From NCBI GenBank assembly GCA_937136415.1, contig CAKZOK010000074.1, positions 1 to 16,048 on the forward strand: a stretch of DNA of 16,048 nucleotides, given 5' to 3'. The stretch's first letter is position 1. Every line of letters begins with the position of its first letter. The translations under genes were made by a program, and so were the position numbers. This document shows positions 1 through 7,272 of this stretch, piece by piece. The DNA comes from an uncultured Cytophagales bacterium (GTDB lineage: Bacteria > Bacteroidota > Bacteroidia > Cytophagales > Bernardetiaceae). Below the pieces are notes generated by a model. It made no database searches. It was not told the DNA's origin and saw only the letters and a list, made by a program, of their open reading frames with translations.

Positions 1-173
1 ACGAATTACGAATTATGGATTATGAATTACGGATTACGAATTATGAATTACGGATTACGAATTACGAATTACGAATTATGAATTACGAATTATGGATTAT
101 GAATTACGGATTACGAATTATGGATTATGAATTACGGATTACGAATTATGGATTACTGATTACTGATTATGGA
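1..173. repeat. Heptanucleotide tandem repeat array, unit A[CT][GT][GA]ATT (ACGAATT/ATGGATT/ATGAATT/ACGGATT). At least 24 full units, running off the left window edge.
   Basis: Units can be read directly at 1-7, 8-14, 15-21 and so on to 162-168, with a partial 25th unit to 173. A 28-bp higher-order unit ATGGATT-ATGAATT-ACGGATT-ACGAATT recurs at 15-42, 92-119 and 120-147. A short inverted partial copy (AATCCATAAT...AATCCGTAATT) lies at 222-247. Confidence 0.9.
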
Positions 174-282
174 AAATAAAATATCGAACTGGAAAGTGCA
201 ACTTGGTTTCTGTATTTCATTAAATCCATAATTTTTAATCCGTAATTAGCTTCGCTGCTTGCTTTCGCAGGTCGTAATTAAT

Positions 283-1536
283 TTATAGCCTCGCCGTTAC
301 TTTAGACTTATCAAATTTTCCTTTAATATCATAAATAACTGTTTTCTCATGTTTTAGATTTTGAAAATCTAAGGAATTAAATTCTTTGTGCGACACTGCC
401 AAAACAATCGCTTCATATTTTTCAGATGGTTCTTTTATTAAGTCAAGATTATATTCTTGTTTTACTTCGGCTGCATCTGCCCAAGGGTCACAAACTTCTA
501 CATTTGCTCCAAAATCTTCAAATTCTCTAATTACATCAATCACTTTTGAATTACGAATATCTGGACAGTTTTCTTTAAATGTAATTCCTAAAATCAAAAT
601 TTTTGCATTTTTGACATTGCTACTTCTCTGAATCATTAATTTTACTACTTTTGAAGCAACAAAAGCTCCCATTGTATCATTTATTCTTCTTCCTGCCAAA
701 ATTACTTCTGGGTGATAGCCCAAACTTTCGGCTTTGTAGGTCAAATAATAGGGATCAACTCCTATACAATGTCCACCAACTAACCCTGGTTTGAAAGGTA
801 AAAAATTCCATTTTGTTCCTGCTGCTTCTAATACTTCTAAGGTGTCAATATCCATTTTATCAAAAATGAGAGCAAGTTCGTTTACAAAAGCGATATTCAA
901 ATCTCGTTGTGCATTTTCGATTACTTTTGAGGCTTCTGCAACTTTTATAGAAGATGCAACATACGTTCCTGCCGTAATAATTGAGCCATAAAGTGCATTT
1001 AGTTCTTCGGCAATTTTGGGAGTGCTTCCACTGACAACCTTTCTGATTTTGGCAATCGTATGTTCTTTATCCCCTGGGTTGATTCGCTCTGGAGAATATC
1101 CACAAAAGAAATCTTGATTAAATTTGAGTCCACTTTCTTTTTCTAAAATAGGTACACAATCTTCTTCTGTACAACCAGGATAAACTGTCGATTCATAGAC
1201 AACAATATCTCCTTTTTTGAGAACTTTTCCAACTGTTGTTGAGGCTGCAAGAATGGGTTTCAAATTGGGTTTTTTATACAAATCAACAGGTGTAGGAACG
1301 GTTATAATAAATATTGTGGCTTCTTTTAGTTTTTCGATATCAGCAGTAAAAGAAATATGCTTTGATTCTTTTAGTTGTTCTGTATTTACTTCAAGAGTTC
1401 GGTCATATCCTTTTTTGAGTTCTTCAATACGTTTTTTATTAATATCAAAACCAATAGTTGTATATTTTTTACCAAACTCAACAGCCAAAGGCAAACCTAC
1501 ATAACCCAAACCGATAATTGCTAATTTATATGTCAT
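283..1536 (-). CDS. NAD-dependent nucleotide-sugar dehydrogenase. Most likely a UDP-N-acetyl-D-glucosamine/galactosamine/mannosamine 6-dehydrogenase of the WbpO/TviB/WecC family.
   Basis: 417 aa. The N-terminus carries a Rossmann motif ([16 protein letters not shown]). The catalytic-Cys region [12 protein letters not shown] and the segment [11 protein letters not shown] match UDP-sugar 6-dehydrogenases of the WbpO/TviB type rather than Ugd. Exact substrate cannot be assigned from sequence. Confidence 0.85.
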   Translation of the reverse strand: MTYKLAIIGLGYVGLPLAVEFGKKYTTIGFDINKKRIEELKKGYDRTLEVNTEQLKESKHISFTADIEKLKEATIFIITVPTPVDLYKKPNLKPILAASTTVGKVLKKGDIVVYESTVYPGCTEEDCVPILEKESGLKFNQDFFCGYSPERINPGDKEHTIAKIRKVVSGSTPKIAEELNALYGSIITAGTYVASSIKVAEASKVIENAQRDLNIAFVNELALIFDKMDIDTLEVLEAAGTKWNFLPFKPGLVGGHCIGVDPYYLTYKAESLGYHPEVILAGRRINDTMGAFVASKVVKLMIQRSSNVKNAKILILGITFKENCPDIRNSKVIDVIREFEDFGANVEVCDPWADAAEVKQEYNLDLIKEPSEKYEAIVLAVSHKEFNSLDFQNLKHEKTVIYDIKGKFDKSKVTARL

Positions 1537-1648
1537 AAAGAAAGGACTTTGTTAAATGAGATAAGAAAACCGAAAATCTGAAAATTAATTATAATTTTTA
1601 ATCTACAAAGTAGCTAATTTTTGCTTACATAAAAAAACGAACAAAAAA

Positions 1649-2608
1649 TTATTTTTCTTCTTTGGATTCATTCTTATTGTTTTTCTTATTTTGTTTTATT
1701 TGAAATTGTTTGGGTGTAATTCCTTCATATTTTTTAAAAACACGTATAAAATAAGTCATGTGATTATAACCCAATTCGTAACAAATATCTGTAACTGATT
1801 TTGAAATATCTACTAAGCGATTTTTGGCTATTTCTACACGTTCTCTATTAATATAATCAATGGGCGAAATATCTAAAGTTTCTTTGAAAGTGCGAAAAAA
1901 AGCAGCCTTACTCATACTTGCAATATCGGTCAGTGTATCAATAGAAATGGACTCATCGATATGCTCTTTTATGTATTCCAAAACAGCTTCAATACTTGGG
2001 TTTGTTTGATTTTCTATACTATTTTTTTCTAATTTAATTTTATCTCTTGCTGGTGTTCTGACGAATCTCAAAATCAGTTCTTTTATTGCAAAGTCTATAA
2101 AAATATCTTTGTTATAATGCTCTTCTGTAAACAAATCAATCAATCTTCTAATAGCTTTTTTGATGCTTGTATCGTGTGTAACATTAATGGGCTTTTCTCC
2201 AAACTGCCAAATCGAATTATTTTCTATTTTTAATTTACAATCTTCTTGTGAAGTTTCTATTTGATTATATTGAGAAAGAGTAAGATTAATAATTTCGATA
2301 GGCACTTGAAGCTCTAACCATGAGAAGTCATTTTTAGTACTTTTTTTCTTTGTTTTTTCTTGATTTTTTTGTAAAAAATTTAAGCGAACAGCTTTATGAG
2401 GAGGAATAATTAAGGATTCTCCGACAGTACAATTTTGGTCATATTCCTTAGATTCAAAATTAATATTTCCTTCCAAAATGACAACCAAAGTAACTTTGCT
2501 AGTCTGGATAGTTTTGGGTTTGATAGTATCATCTTTATCAGCATTGAATAATGATAAATTGATTCTATCAGATTGATATAGTGTGGGTTCTAAAGAAGAA
2601 ATGGACAT
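1649..2608 (-). CDS. AraC/XylS-family transcriptional regulator. N-terminal cupin-like sensing domain, C-terminal double HTH.
   Basis: 319 aa. The C-terminal ~100 aa (IDTLTDIASMSKAAFFRTFKETLDISPIDYINRERVEIAKNRLVDISKSVTDICYELGYNHMTYFIRVFKKYEGITPKQF) is a textbook AraC HTH_18 pair. It is co-oriented with the sugar dehydrogenase 112 bp downstream. Confidence 0.85.
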   Translation of the reverse strand: MSISSLEPTLYQSDRINLSLFNADKDDTIKPKTIQTSKVTLVVILEGNINFESKEYDQNCTVGESLIIPPHKAVRLNFLQKNQEKTKKKSTKNDFSWLELQVPIEIINLTLSQYNQIETSQEDCKLKIENNSIWQFGEKPINVTHDTSIKKAIRRLIDLFTEEHYNKDIFIDFAIKELILRFVRTPARDKIKLEKNSIENQTNPSIEAVLEYIKEHIDESISIDTLTDIASMSKAAFFRTFKETLDISPIDYINRERVEIAKNRLVDISKSVTDICYELGYNHMTYFIRVFKKYEGITPKQFQIKQNKKNNKNESKEEK

Positions 2609-2880
2609 ATTAAATAAATATAAATCAAATAAAAATCCTAAAATGAAACAATAGTATTACTTTTGAAATAAATTGAAGAATAGATTCAATAAATAGAGAA
2701 TTTTGTGTAATTTTTATTAAACTCTTTATGGTAATTTTGTTATGTGTTAGAAGAGAAGTGCAAAATTAAAGTTATATATAGACTATAATTTGACTAATAC
2801 TTAGCAAGATACAACTTTTCTATCACAAATTTGGAATAATACACACTAAAAATAATTTTACACAACCAGAAATATATTAA

Positions 2881-2894
2881 CACACACACACACA
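2881..2894. repeat. (CA)7 dinucleotide microsatellite inside a 468-bp ORF-free spacer. Further CA-rich tracts lie at 2966-3010.
   Basis: cacacacacacaca can be read directly. acacacaaataacacaacacacacc follows about 80 bp downstream. Confidence 0.8.
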
Positions 2895-3010
2895 AATATA
2901 TTTACTGAAAATTATTTTGAAATCAATATAAGGTTTTAGCTATTTTGTTTTGATAATTGAAATTGAAACACTTTTTGACCTTACACACAAATAACACAAC
3001 ACACACCAAT

Positions 3011-3070
3011 CAAAAGACTTATTTTACTTCAATTATTTGAGTAAAATAAGTCTTTTGTGGTTTTTGTGAT
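3011..3070. terminator. Perfect 17-bp palindromic hairpin (CAAAAGACTTATTTTAC / GTAAAATAAGTCTTTTG, 13-nt loop). It is followed by TGGTTTTTG on the + strand and by a UG-rich tract on the - strand. Likely bidirectional intrinsic terminator for the 3077..3634 gene.
   Basis: Arms lie at 3011-3027 and 3040-3056 and are exact reverse complements. The hairpin sits 21 bp past the stop codon of the minus-strand ORF, and a T-run occupies 3059-3065. Confidence 0.55.
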
Positions 3071-3076
3071 TATCTA

Positions 3077-3634
3077 TTACCAAGTAATTGTATAAGTACA
3101 ACTATCATCACCATTTATACGATTAGGCTTAGATTCATCTAATTCTACTCTAACTAAACTAGCTGAAGTTGGGCTAAATGTCCGAGCAATGGTGATAATT
3201 AGCCCTCTATCAAAAGCACTAGGATAAGGATTTTTACACTTCATAGTTGCTTTTTTTTCGGTAGCATTAAAAGAAAGGAGTTTATAAAACCCAATTTCAC
3301 CATTGCGATGACTTGTTCTATATACTGCATCAATAGAGTTTAAAGCAGCCTCTAAAGTTTTGATTTCAGGTGGAAGAGGAATGTTTTTAGGAATTGCTTT
3401 TCCAATAGAAAAGAGAGTAGCATTCCCATAACGAGTGCTTATTTCTTTAAAAGCATTAAGCCACAAAGCTTGACTGTACCAGTTATCTACTTGAATATTA
3501 TTGAGGTTATTTTCTGCCAATACATCACTCATAAATTGTTGTGCAATAGGACTGCCTGGAATAGCATTTACGAATGAAAGGATACTTTGACCAGTTACTT
3601 CTACATTAGGAGAAAATGGAATAAATTGTGCCAT
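3077..3634 (-). CDS. Hypothetical protein. No family recognised.
   Basis: 185-aa ORF in an AT-rich genome where long open frames are rare by chance. It has its own downstream hairpin terminator. No motif I can place. No signal peptide. Confidence 0.55.
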   Translation of the reverse strand: MAQFIPFSPNVEVTGQSILSFVNAIPGSPIAQQFMSDVLAENNLNNIQVDNWYSQALWLNAFKEISTRYGNATLFSIGKAIPKNIPLPPEIKTLEAALNSIDAVYRTSHRNGEIGFYKLLSFNATEKKATMKCKNPYPSAFDRGLIITIARTFSPTSASLVRVELDESKPNRINGDDSCTYTITW

Positions 3635-3701
3635 ATCAAAATCAAAAAGGTGGATGATAAAGAAAAATTAGCCTAATATACTCATTATTATAATGAAGTA
3701 A

Positions 3702-3945
3702 GGCATGTTTATAAAAAGTCACAGGGCATGTTTATAAAAACTTTGTCAGTAGTTTTTTGGTAATCCAAAAGAACTCTAACAATAGTTTGGCGCAAAGTGC
3801 TTATTTTTTTAAACTATTGAGAGTCTTGTGAAAGGACTGTCAAAGTCAAAAAAATACTATACCCCGAAGGAGCAGTGTAGCTAAATTCTTTGATTCTAGC
3901 TATTTTTAAAATGAATTATTTTTCATGAACATGCCCTGTAAAAAT
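3702..3945. repeat. MITE-like element or regulatory cassette of about 244 bp. It is bracketed by inverted copies of (ACAG)GGCATGTTYATRAAAAA, with the left terminus tandemly duplicated, and it encloses one copy of the dispersed R2 repeat.
   Basis: Direct copies of GGCATGTTTATAAAAA lie at 3702-3718 and 3725-3741. An inverted copy, TTTTTCATGAACATGCCCTGTAAAAA, lies at 3919-3945. Its reverse complement is TTTTTACAGGGCATGTTCATGAAAAA, against TCACAGGGCATGTTTATAAAAA at 3719-3740. The interior 3731-3846 is homologous to 5252-5324. Confidence 0.6.
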
Positions 3946-4013
3946 TCAAGGTTTTCTTATAAAAAATATTGTTACTGCTTTGGTAGTTCGTAATCTGTAA
4001 TTCATAATTGTTA

Positions 4014-5183
4014 CTAAGAAAGTTTATTCTTAAACATTTCATAGCCGATTTCTCTAACTAACTCAAATTCATTACTTTCTTTCCAAATTCCGATACTCGG
4101 ATGTGGAACACCATTAAACGTAGAAGTTTTGACCATTGTATAATGAATCATATCATCAAAAACGATTTTATCATTAATTTTTAATTCATTTTCAAAGGCA
4201 TAATCTCCCATTCCGATAAAATCTCCAGCCAAACAAGTAGAGCCACCAAAACGATAGACATGTTTTCCTTCATTTTTCGAATTTGAAGTAGCATCTTCTG
4301 CGTCCCAAATTTTGGGTTTATAGGGCATTTCCAAACAATCAGGCATGTGAGCCGTGAAAGAAACATCTAAAATAGCAACATCAATTCCTCTACTATCAAT
4401 AATATCTTGAACAGAACCTATCAAATAACCTGTTTGCCAACCAACAGCTTCCCCTGGTTCTAAGATAACTTGAATATTGTACTTTTCTTTTATTCTATTC
4501 AAAAGTTTTACTAATAATTCTATATCGTAATCTTTTCTTGTGATATGATGCCCACCACCCATATTGAGCCACTTTGCTTGATGCAAAAGATGCCCAAATT
4601 TTTCTTCTACATGAATAAGTGTGCGCTCCAAAGTGTCCGAGCCTTGCTCACAAAGTGTATGAAAATGTAATCCTTCAATTCCTTTTGGAAGGTTTTTGCC
4701 TATTTTGTCATGAGTAATTCCGAAACGAGAACCAGCTACACACGGATTGTATAAATCGGTTTCTACTTCTGAATATTCAGGATTAATACGCAAACCTGTT
4801 GATATTTTTTTGCCTGTTTTGGATTCATTTTGCGCCAATTTATCTTTGAAACGCTCATATTGAGAAAGAGAATTGAAACTAATATGATTTACATAAGTCA
4901 TAATTTCGTTAAATTCTTTATCTGTATAAGCAGGTGCGTAAGCGTGAACTTCCTGCCCAAATTCTTCAAAAGCCAAACGAGCCTCATAAAGTGAACTAGA
5001 GGTGCAACCATGCAAATATTGGCGCACCAAAGGAAAAGTACTAAACATCGAAAAGCCTTTTAAAGCACAAATAATATGCGCTCCTGTGCGTTTTTGGACA
5101 CTATCCAAAATTTCTAAGTTTTGGCGAAGAAGTCGTTCTTCCAAAACAAAACAAGGCGAAGGAATTTGAGAAATATCTATCAT
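4014..5183 (-). CDS. nspC: Carboxynorspermidine/carboxyspermidine decarboxylase (alternative spermidine/norspermidine pathway).
   Basis: 389 aa. The N-terminus MIDISQIPSPCFVLEERLLRQNLEIL and the overall length and composition match the NspC family common in Bacteroidetes, a PLP-independent-fold, AR/DapDC-related enzyme. Assigned from recalled family signature. Confidence 0.85.
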   Translation of the reverse strand: MIDISQIPSPCFVLEERLLRQNLEILDSVQKRTGAHIICALKGFSMFSTFPLVRQYLHGCTSSSLYEARLAFEEFGQEVHAYAPAYTDKEFNEIMTYVNHISFNSLSQYERFKDKLAQNESKTGKKISTGLRINPEYSEVETDLYNPCVAGSRFGITHDKIGKNLPKGIEGLHFHTLCEQGSDTLERTLIHVEEKFGHLLHQAKWLNMGGGHHITRKDYDIELLVKLLNRIKEKYNIQVILEPGEAVGWQTGYLIGSVQDIIDSRGIDVAILDVSFTAHMPDCLEMPYKPKIWDAEDATSNSKNEGKHVYRFGGSTCLAGDFIGMGDYAFENELKINDKIVFDDMIHYTMVKTSTFNGVPHPSIGIWKESNEFELVREIGYEMFKNKLS

Positions 5184-5199
5184 TTTGGATTAATAAAAA

Positions 5200-5229
5200 A
5201 TATCGTCGGTGGGGATACTGACAATGGCG
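5200..5229 (+). repeat. Copy 1 of GC-rich dispersed repeat family R1 (ATATCG-YCGGTGGGGAYAC-N4-CAAYGG).
   Basis: atatcgtcggtggggatactgacaatggcg aligns with 7022-7054 (acagtcgctggtggggacatgagcaacggctgg). It also aligns with the reverse complement of 7133-7160 (atatcgctcgtggggacacgggcaatgg). Confidence 0.7.
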
Positions 5230-5251
5230 TTAAAGTTTAGGGCTTTTAATA

Positions 5252-5324
5252 TTTATAAAACTTTGTCAATAGTTAGTGTTTATTTTTTTTAAGTATTGAC
5301 AGCTTCTTAAAAAGACTCTCAAAG
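5252..5324 (+). repeat. Copy B of dispersed intergenic repeat family R2 (TTTATAAAA(A)CTTTGTCARTAGTT ... TATTTTTTTTAA.YATTGA.AG ... AAGACTSTCAAAG).
   Basis: Collinear with 3731-3846, which is copy A and carries an extra ~40-bp internal segment. Both copies sit in the spacers immediately flanking nspC and in the same orientation. Confidence 0.7.
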
Positions 5325-5347
5325 TTTGGGATTGATATTTCTATAAA

Positions 5348-7003
5348 TTACTTCACTTGCAAAAGTTCCTTTGCGCTATTATAGGTACTTGTACTTGGCG
5401 TAGAACCTCCAATCATTTGAGCAATTTCTCTTACACGCTCGTCGTTTGAGAGTTTTTTGATTCTTGAAACGGTGCGTTCTGCCGAATTATCCTTATAAAT
5501 AAAATAATGCGAACTTCCCTGCGAGGCAACTTGTGGCAAATGACTAATAATCAAAATTTGGTGCGTTTTGGACATATCTTGAATTATTTTTCCCATTTTG
5601 AGCGCAATTTCTCCCGAAATACCTGTATCAATTTCATCAAAAACGAGCGTAGGAAGCGAAATATGTTTTGCCAAAATATATTTTATACAAAGCATCAAAC
5701 GAGAAAACTCTCCACCAGAAGCAACATCTTTCAATGGCTGTGGCGAAATTCCTTTGTTTGCCGAAAACCAAAATTCTACCAAATCAGCACCAGACGGACT
5801 AAGTGAAATTGGTGTAATTTCAATCTGAAAACGAGCATTTGGCATTCCTAATTCTCCTAAAAGATAATTTATTTCGTTCTGCGTTTTTTCTACAACAGAT
5901 TTTCTTTGTTCGGTAAGTTGATTTGCAAGGTCTGTTAGATAGGCTTTCGCTCTCAAAATCTCTTCTTTTAAGTCTTTCAAATCATCATCAAAATTTTCTA
6001 CTTTCCTTACTTTATCTGAAATTTCATCACGAATAATAATTAATTCTTGACTACTATTGACATTGTGCTTGTTTTCCAAATGATACAAAGCACTCAAAAT
6101 TTGTTTTACCACACCTGCTGTTTCGTCGTCGGTTACTAATTCTTCCGATTGGCTTTCAATTTCCTTTGCAATATCCTGAATTTCTATCATTGCACTATTC
6201 AAACGATTGTAAAGCGTTTCGAAAGAAGTTGAAAAAGTTTGTGTTTTGGAAAGTGCATGAACAGCTTCTCTTAAAATATTTTCGGCCGAATATTCTTCAT
6301 CAGACAAAGAATTGAAGGCAATCGACATTTGAGTACGTATAAAATCTACATTTTCTAAGCGTTCTAATTCTTGTTCTAGTTCTTCTTTGTTTATTTTTTC
6401 TAAGTCTGCTTTTTCTAATTCTTCCAAAAGGTGCATATTATAATCGTACTCTTTTCGAAGTCTTATTTCTTCATTTTTTAGCTCTTCGTATTTTTTAATT
6501 ATTTTTCTATACTGTCGATATTCTTGTCCATAAATTTCTAAAAGTGTTTTTGTGTTGGCATACAAATCCAAAACATCTCTTTGATAATCATTTGAAAAAA
6601 GCTGCATTGTATCGTGTTGGGCGTGAATATCCATCAAACGAATAGCAATTCTTTTCAGAGAATCCAAAGGAACAGGCATATCATTAATGAAAGCTCTCGA
6701 ACGACCATTTGGCGCAATTTGCCTACGAATAATACACGTTGTGTCGTATTCAATGTCTTCTTTTTCAAAAATATTTTTGAGATTATAACTTGTAATATCA
6801 AATGTTCCTTCAATGACACACTTTCCATCTGGGTTGAGAAGAACTTTTGTATCTGCTCGGTTTCCTGCCAAAAGTCCCAACGCACCACGCAAAATAGACT
6901 TTCCTGCGCCTGTTTCGCCTGTAATAACATTAAGATTAAAATCTGGCTGGATTTCTAAATGCTCTATGAGCGCATAATTATCGATAAGCAAATGTTTGAG
7001 CAT
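5348..7003 (-). CDS. recN: DNA repair protein RecN (SMC-like ATPase).
   Basis: The canonical RecN N-terminus MLKHLLIDNYALIEHLEIQPDFNLNVITGETGAGKSIL contains a Walker A motif. A long central coiled coil and the C-terminal signature and Walker B region (LVFDEIDTGISG) are also present. The true start is the ATG at 7003, which is M30 of the 580-aa track ORF. The 29 codons upstream read through the R1 repeat and are not RecN-like. Confidence 0.9.
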   Translation of the reverse strand: MLKHLLIDNYALIEHLEIQPDFNLNVITGETGAGKSILRGALGLLAGNRADTKVLLNPDGKCVIEGTFDITSYNLKNIFEKEDIEYDTTCIIRRQIAPNGRSRAFINDMPVPLDSLKRIAIRLMDIHAQHDTMQLFSNDYQRDVLDLYANTKTLLEIYGQEYRQYRKIIKKYEELKNEEIRLRKEYDYNMHLLEELEKADLEKINKEELEQELERLENVDFIRTQMSIAFNSLSDEEYSAENILREAVHALSKTQTFSTSFETLYNRLNSAMIEIQDIAKEIESQSEELVTDDETAGVVKQILSALYHLENKHNVNSSQELIIIRDEISDKVRKVENFDDDLKDLKEEILRAKAYLTDLANQLTEQRKSVVEKTQNEINYLLGELGMPNARFQIEITPISLSPSGADLVEFWFSANKGISPQPLKDVASGGEFSRLMLCIKYILAKHISLPTLVFDEIDTGISGEIALKMGKIIQDMSKTHQILIISHLPQVASQGSSHYFIYKDNSAERTVSRIKKLSNDERVREIAQMIGGSTPSTSTYNSAKELLQVK

Positions 7004-7021
7004 AGTATTTTTTTGTATTAA

Positions 7022-7160
7022 ACAGTCGCTGGTGGGGACATGAGCAACGGCTGGAAGATTAACTGTGAAATAACAGTTTGTAACTGTCAAGCAATATTTT
7101 GTTATTTTTCTTTCAGAGAAAGACCAATTTAACCATTGCCCGTGTCCCCACGAGCGATAT
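7022..7160. repeat. Inverted pair of R1 repeats (7022-7054 and 7133-7160) flanking a 78-bp AT-rich spacer. Potential long stem-loop or MITE-like structure in the divergent recN/permease promoter region.
   Basis: The reverse complement of 7133-7160 is atatcgctcgtggggacacgggcaatgg. It matches 7022-7054 at roughly 19-20 of 24 core positions. Confidence 0.7.
7051..7068. promoter_or_regulatory. 18-bp palindrome AACTGT-GAAATA-ACAGTT about 50 bp upstream of the recN start. Candidate SOS/LexA-type operator (CTGT-N6-ACAG).
   Basis: aactgtgaaataacagtt can be read directly. A second half-site-like GTAACTGTCAAG lies at 7079-7090. recN is a classic SOS regulon member in many bacteria. The spacing differs from the E. 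coli CTGT-N8-ACAG box. Confidence 0.3.
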
Positions 7161-7272
7161 ACAATAACTAAATATACAAAATTCTAAATTCAATTTAATT
7201 GTAAATGTTTTACCTTTGCAATATAAATGTTTATGCTCACAAAATTAGCAAAAAAGTAGCAATTTCTATAAA

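Noticed and set aside
1-173. CRISPR array interpretation of the left-edge repeats
   Set aside because: Units are 7 bp with no intervening unique spacers. This is a microsatellite/STRR-type tandem array, not repeat-spacer architecture.
386-1504. Plus-strand ORFs 386..631, 791..991 and 1217..1504 inside the dehydrogenase gene
   Set aside because: Entirely antisense to a well-supported 417-aa gene. Serine/phenylalanine-rich shadow translations.
4181-4366. 61-aa ORF nested in nspC in another frame
   Set aside because: Same strand, alternative frame of a confidently assigned gene. No independent signals.
5507-6958. ORFs 5507..5806, 5598..5828, 6614..6958 and 6655..6930 within recN
   Set aside because: Antisense or alternate-frame shadows of recN. 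Low-complexity translations.
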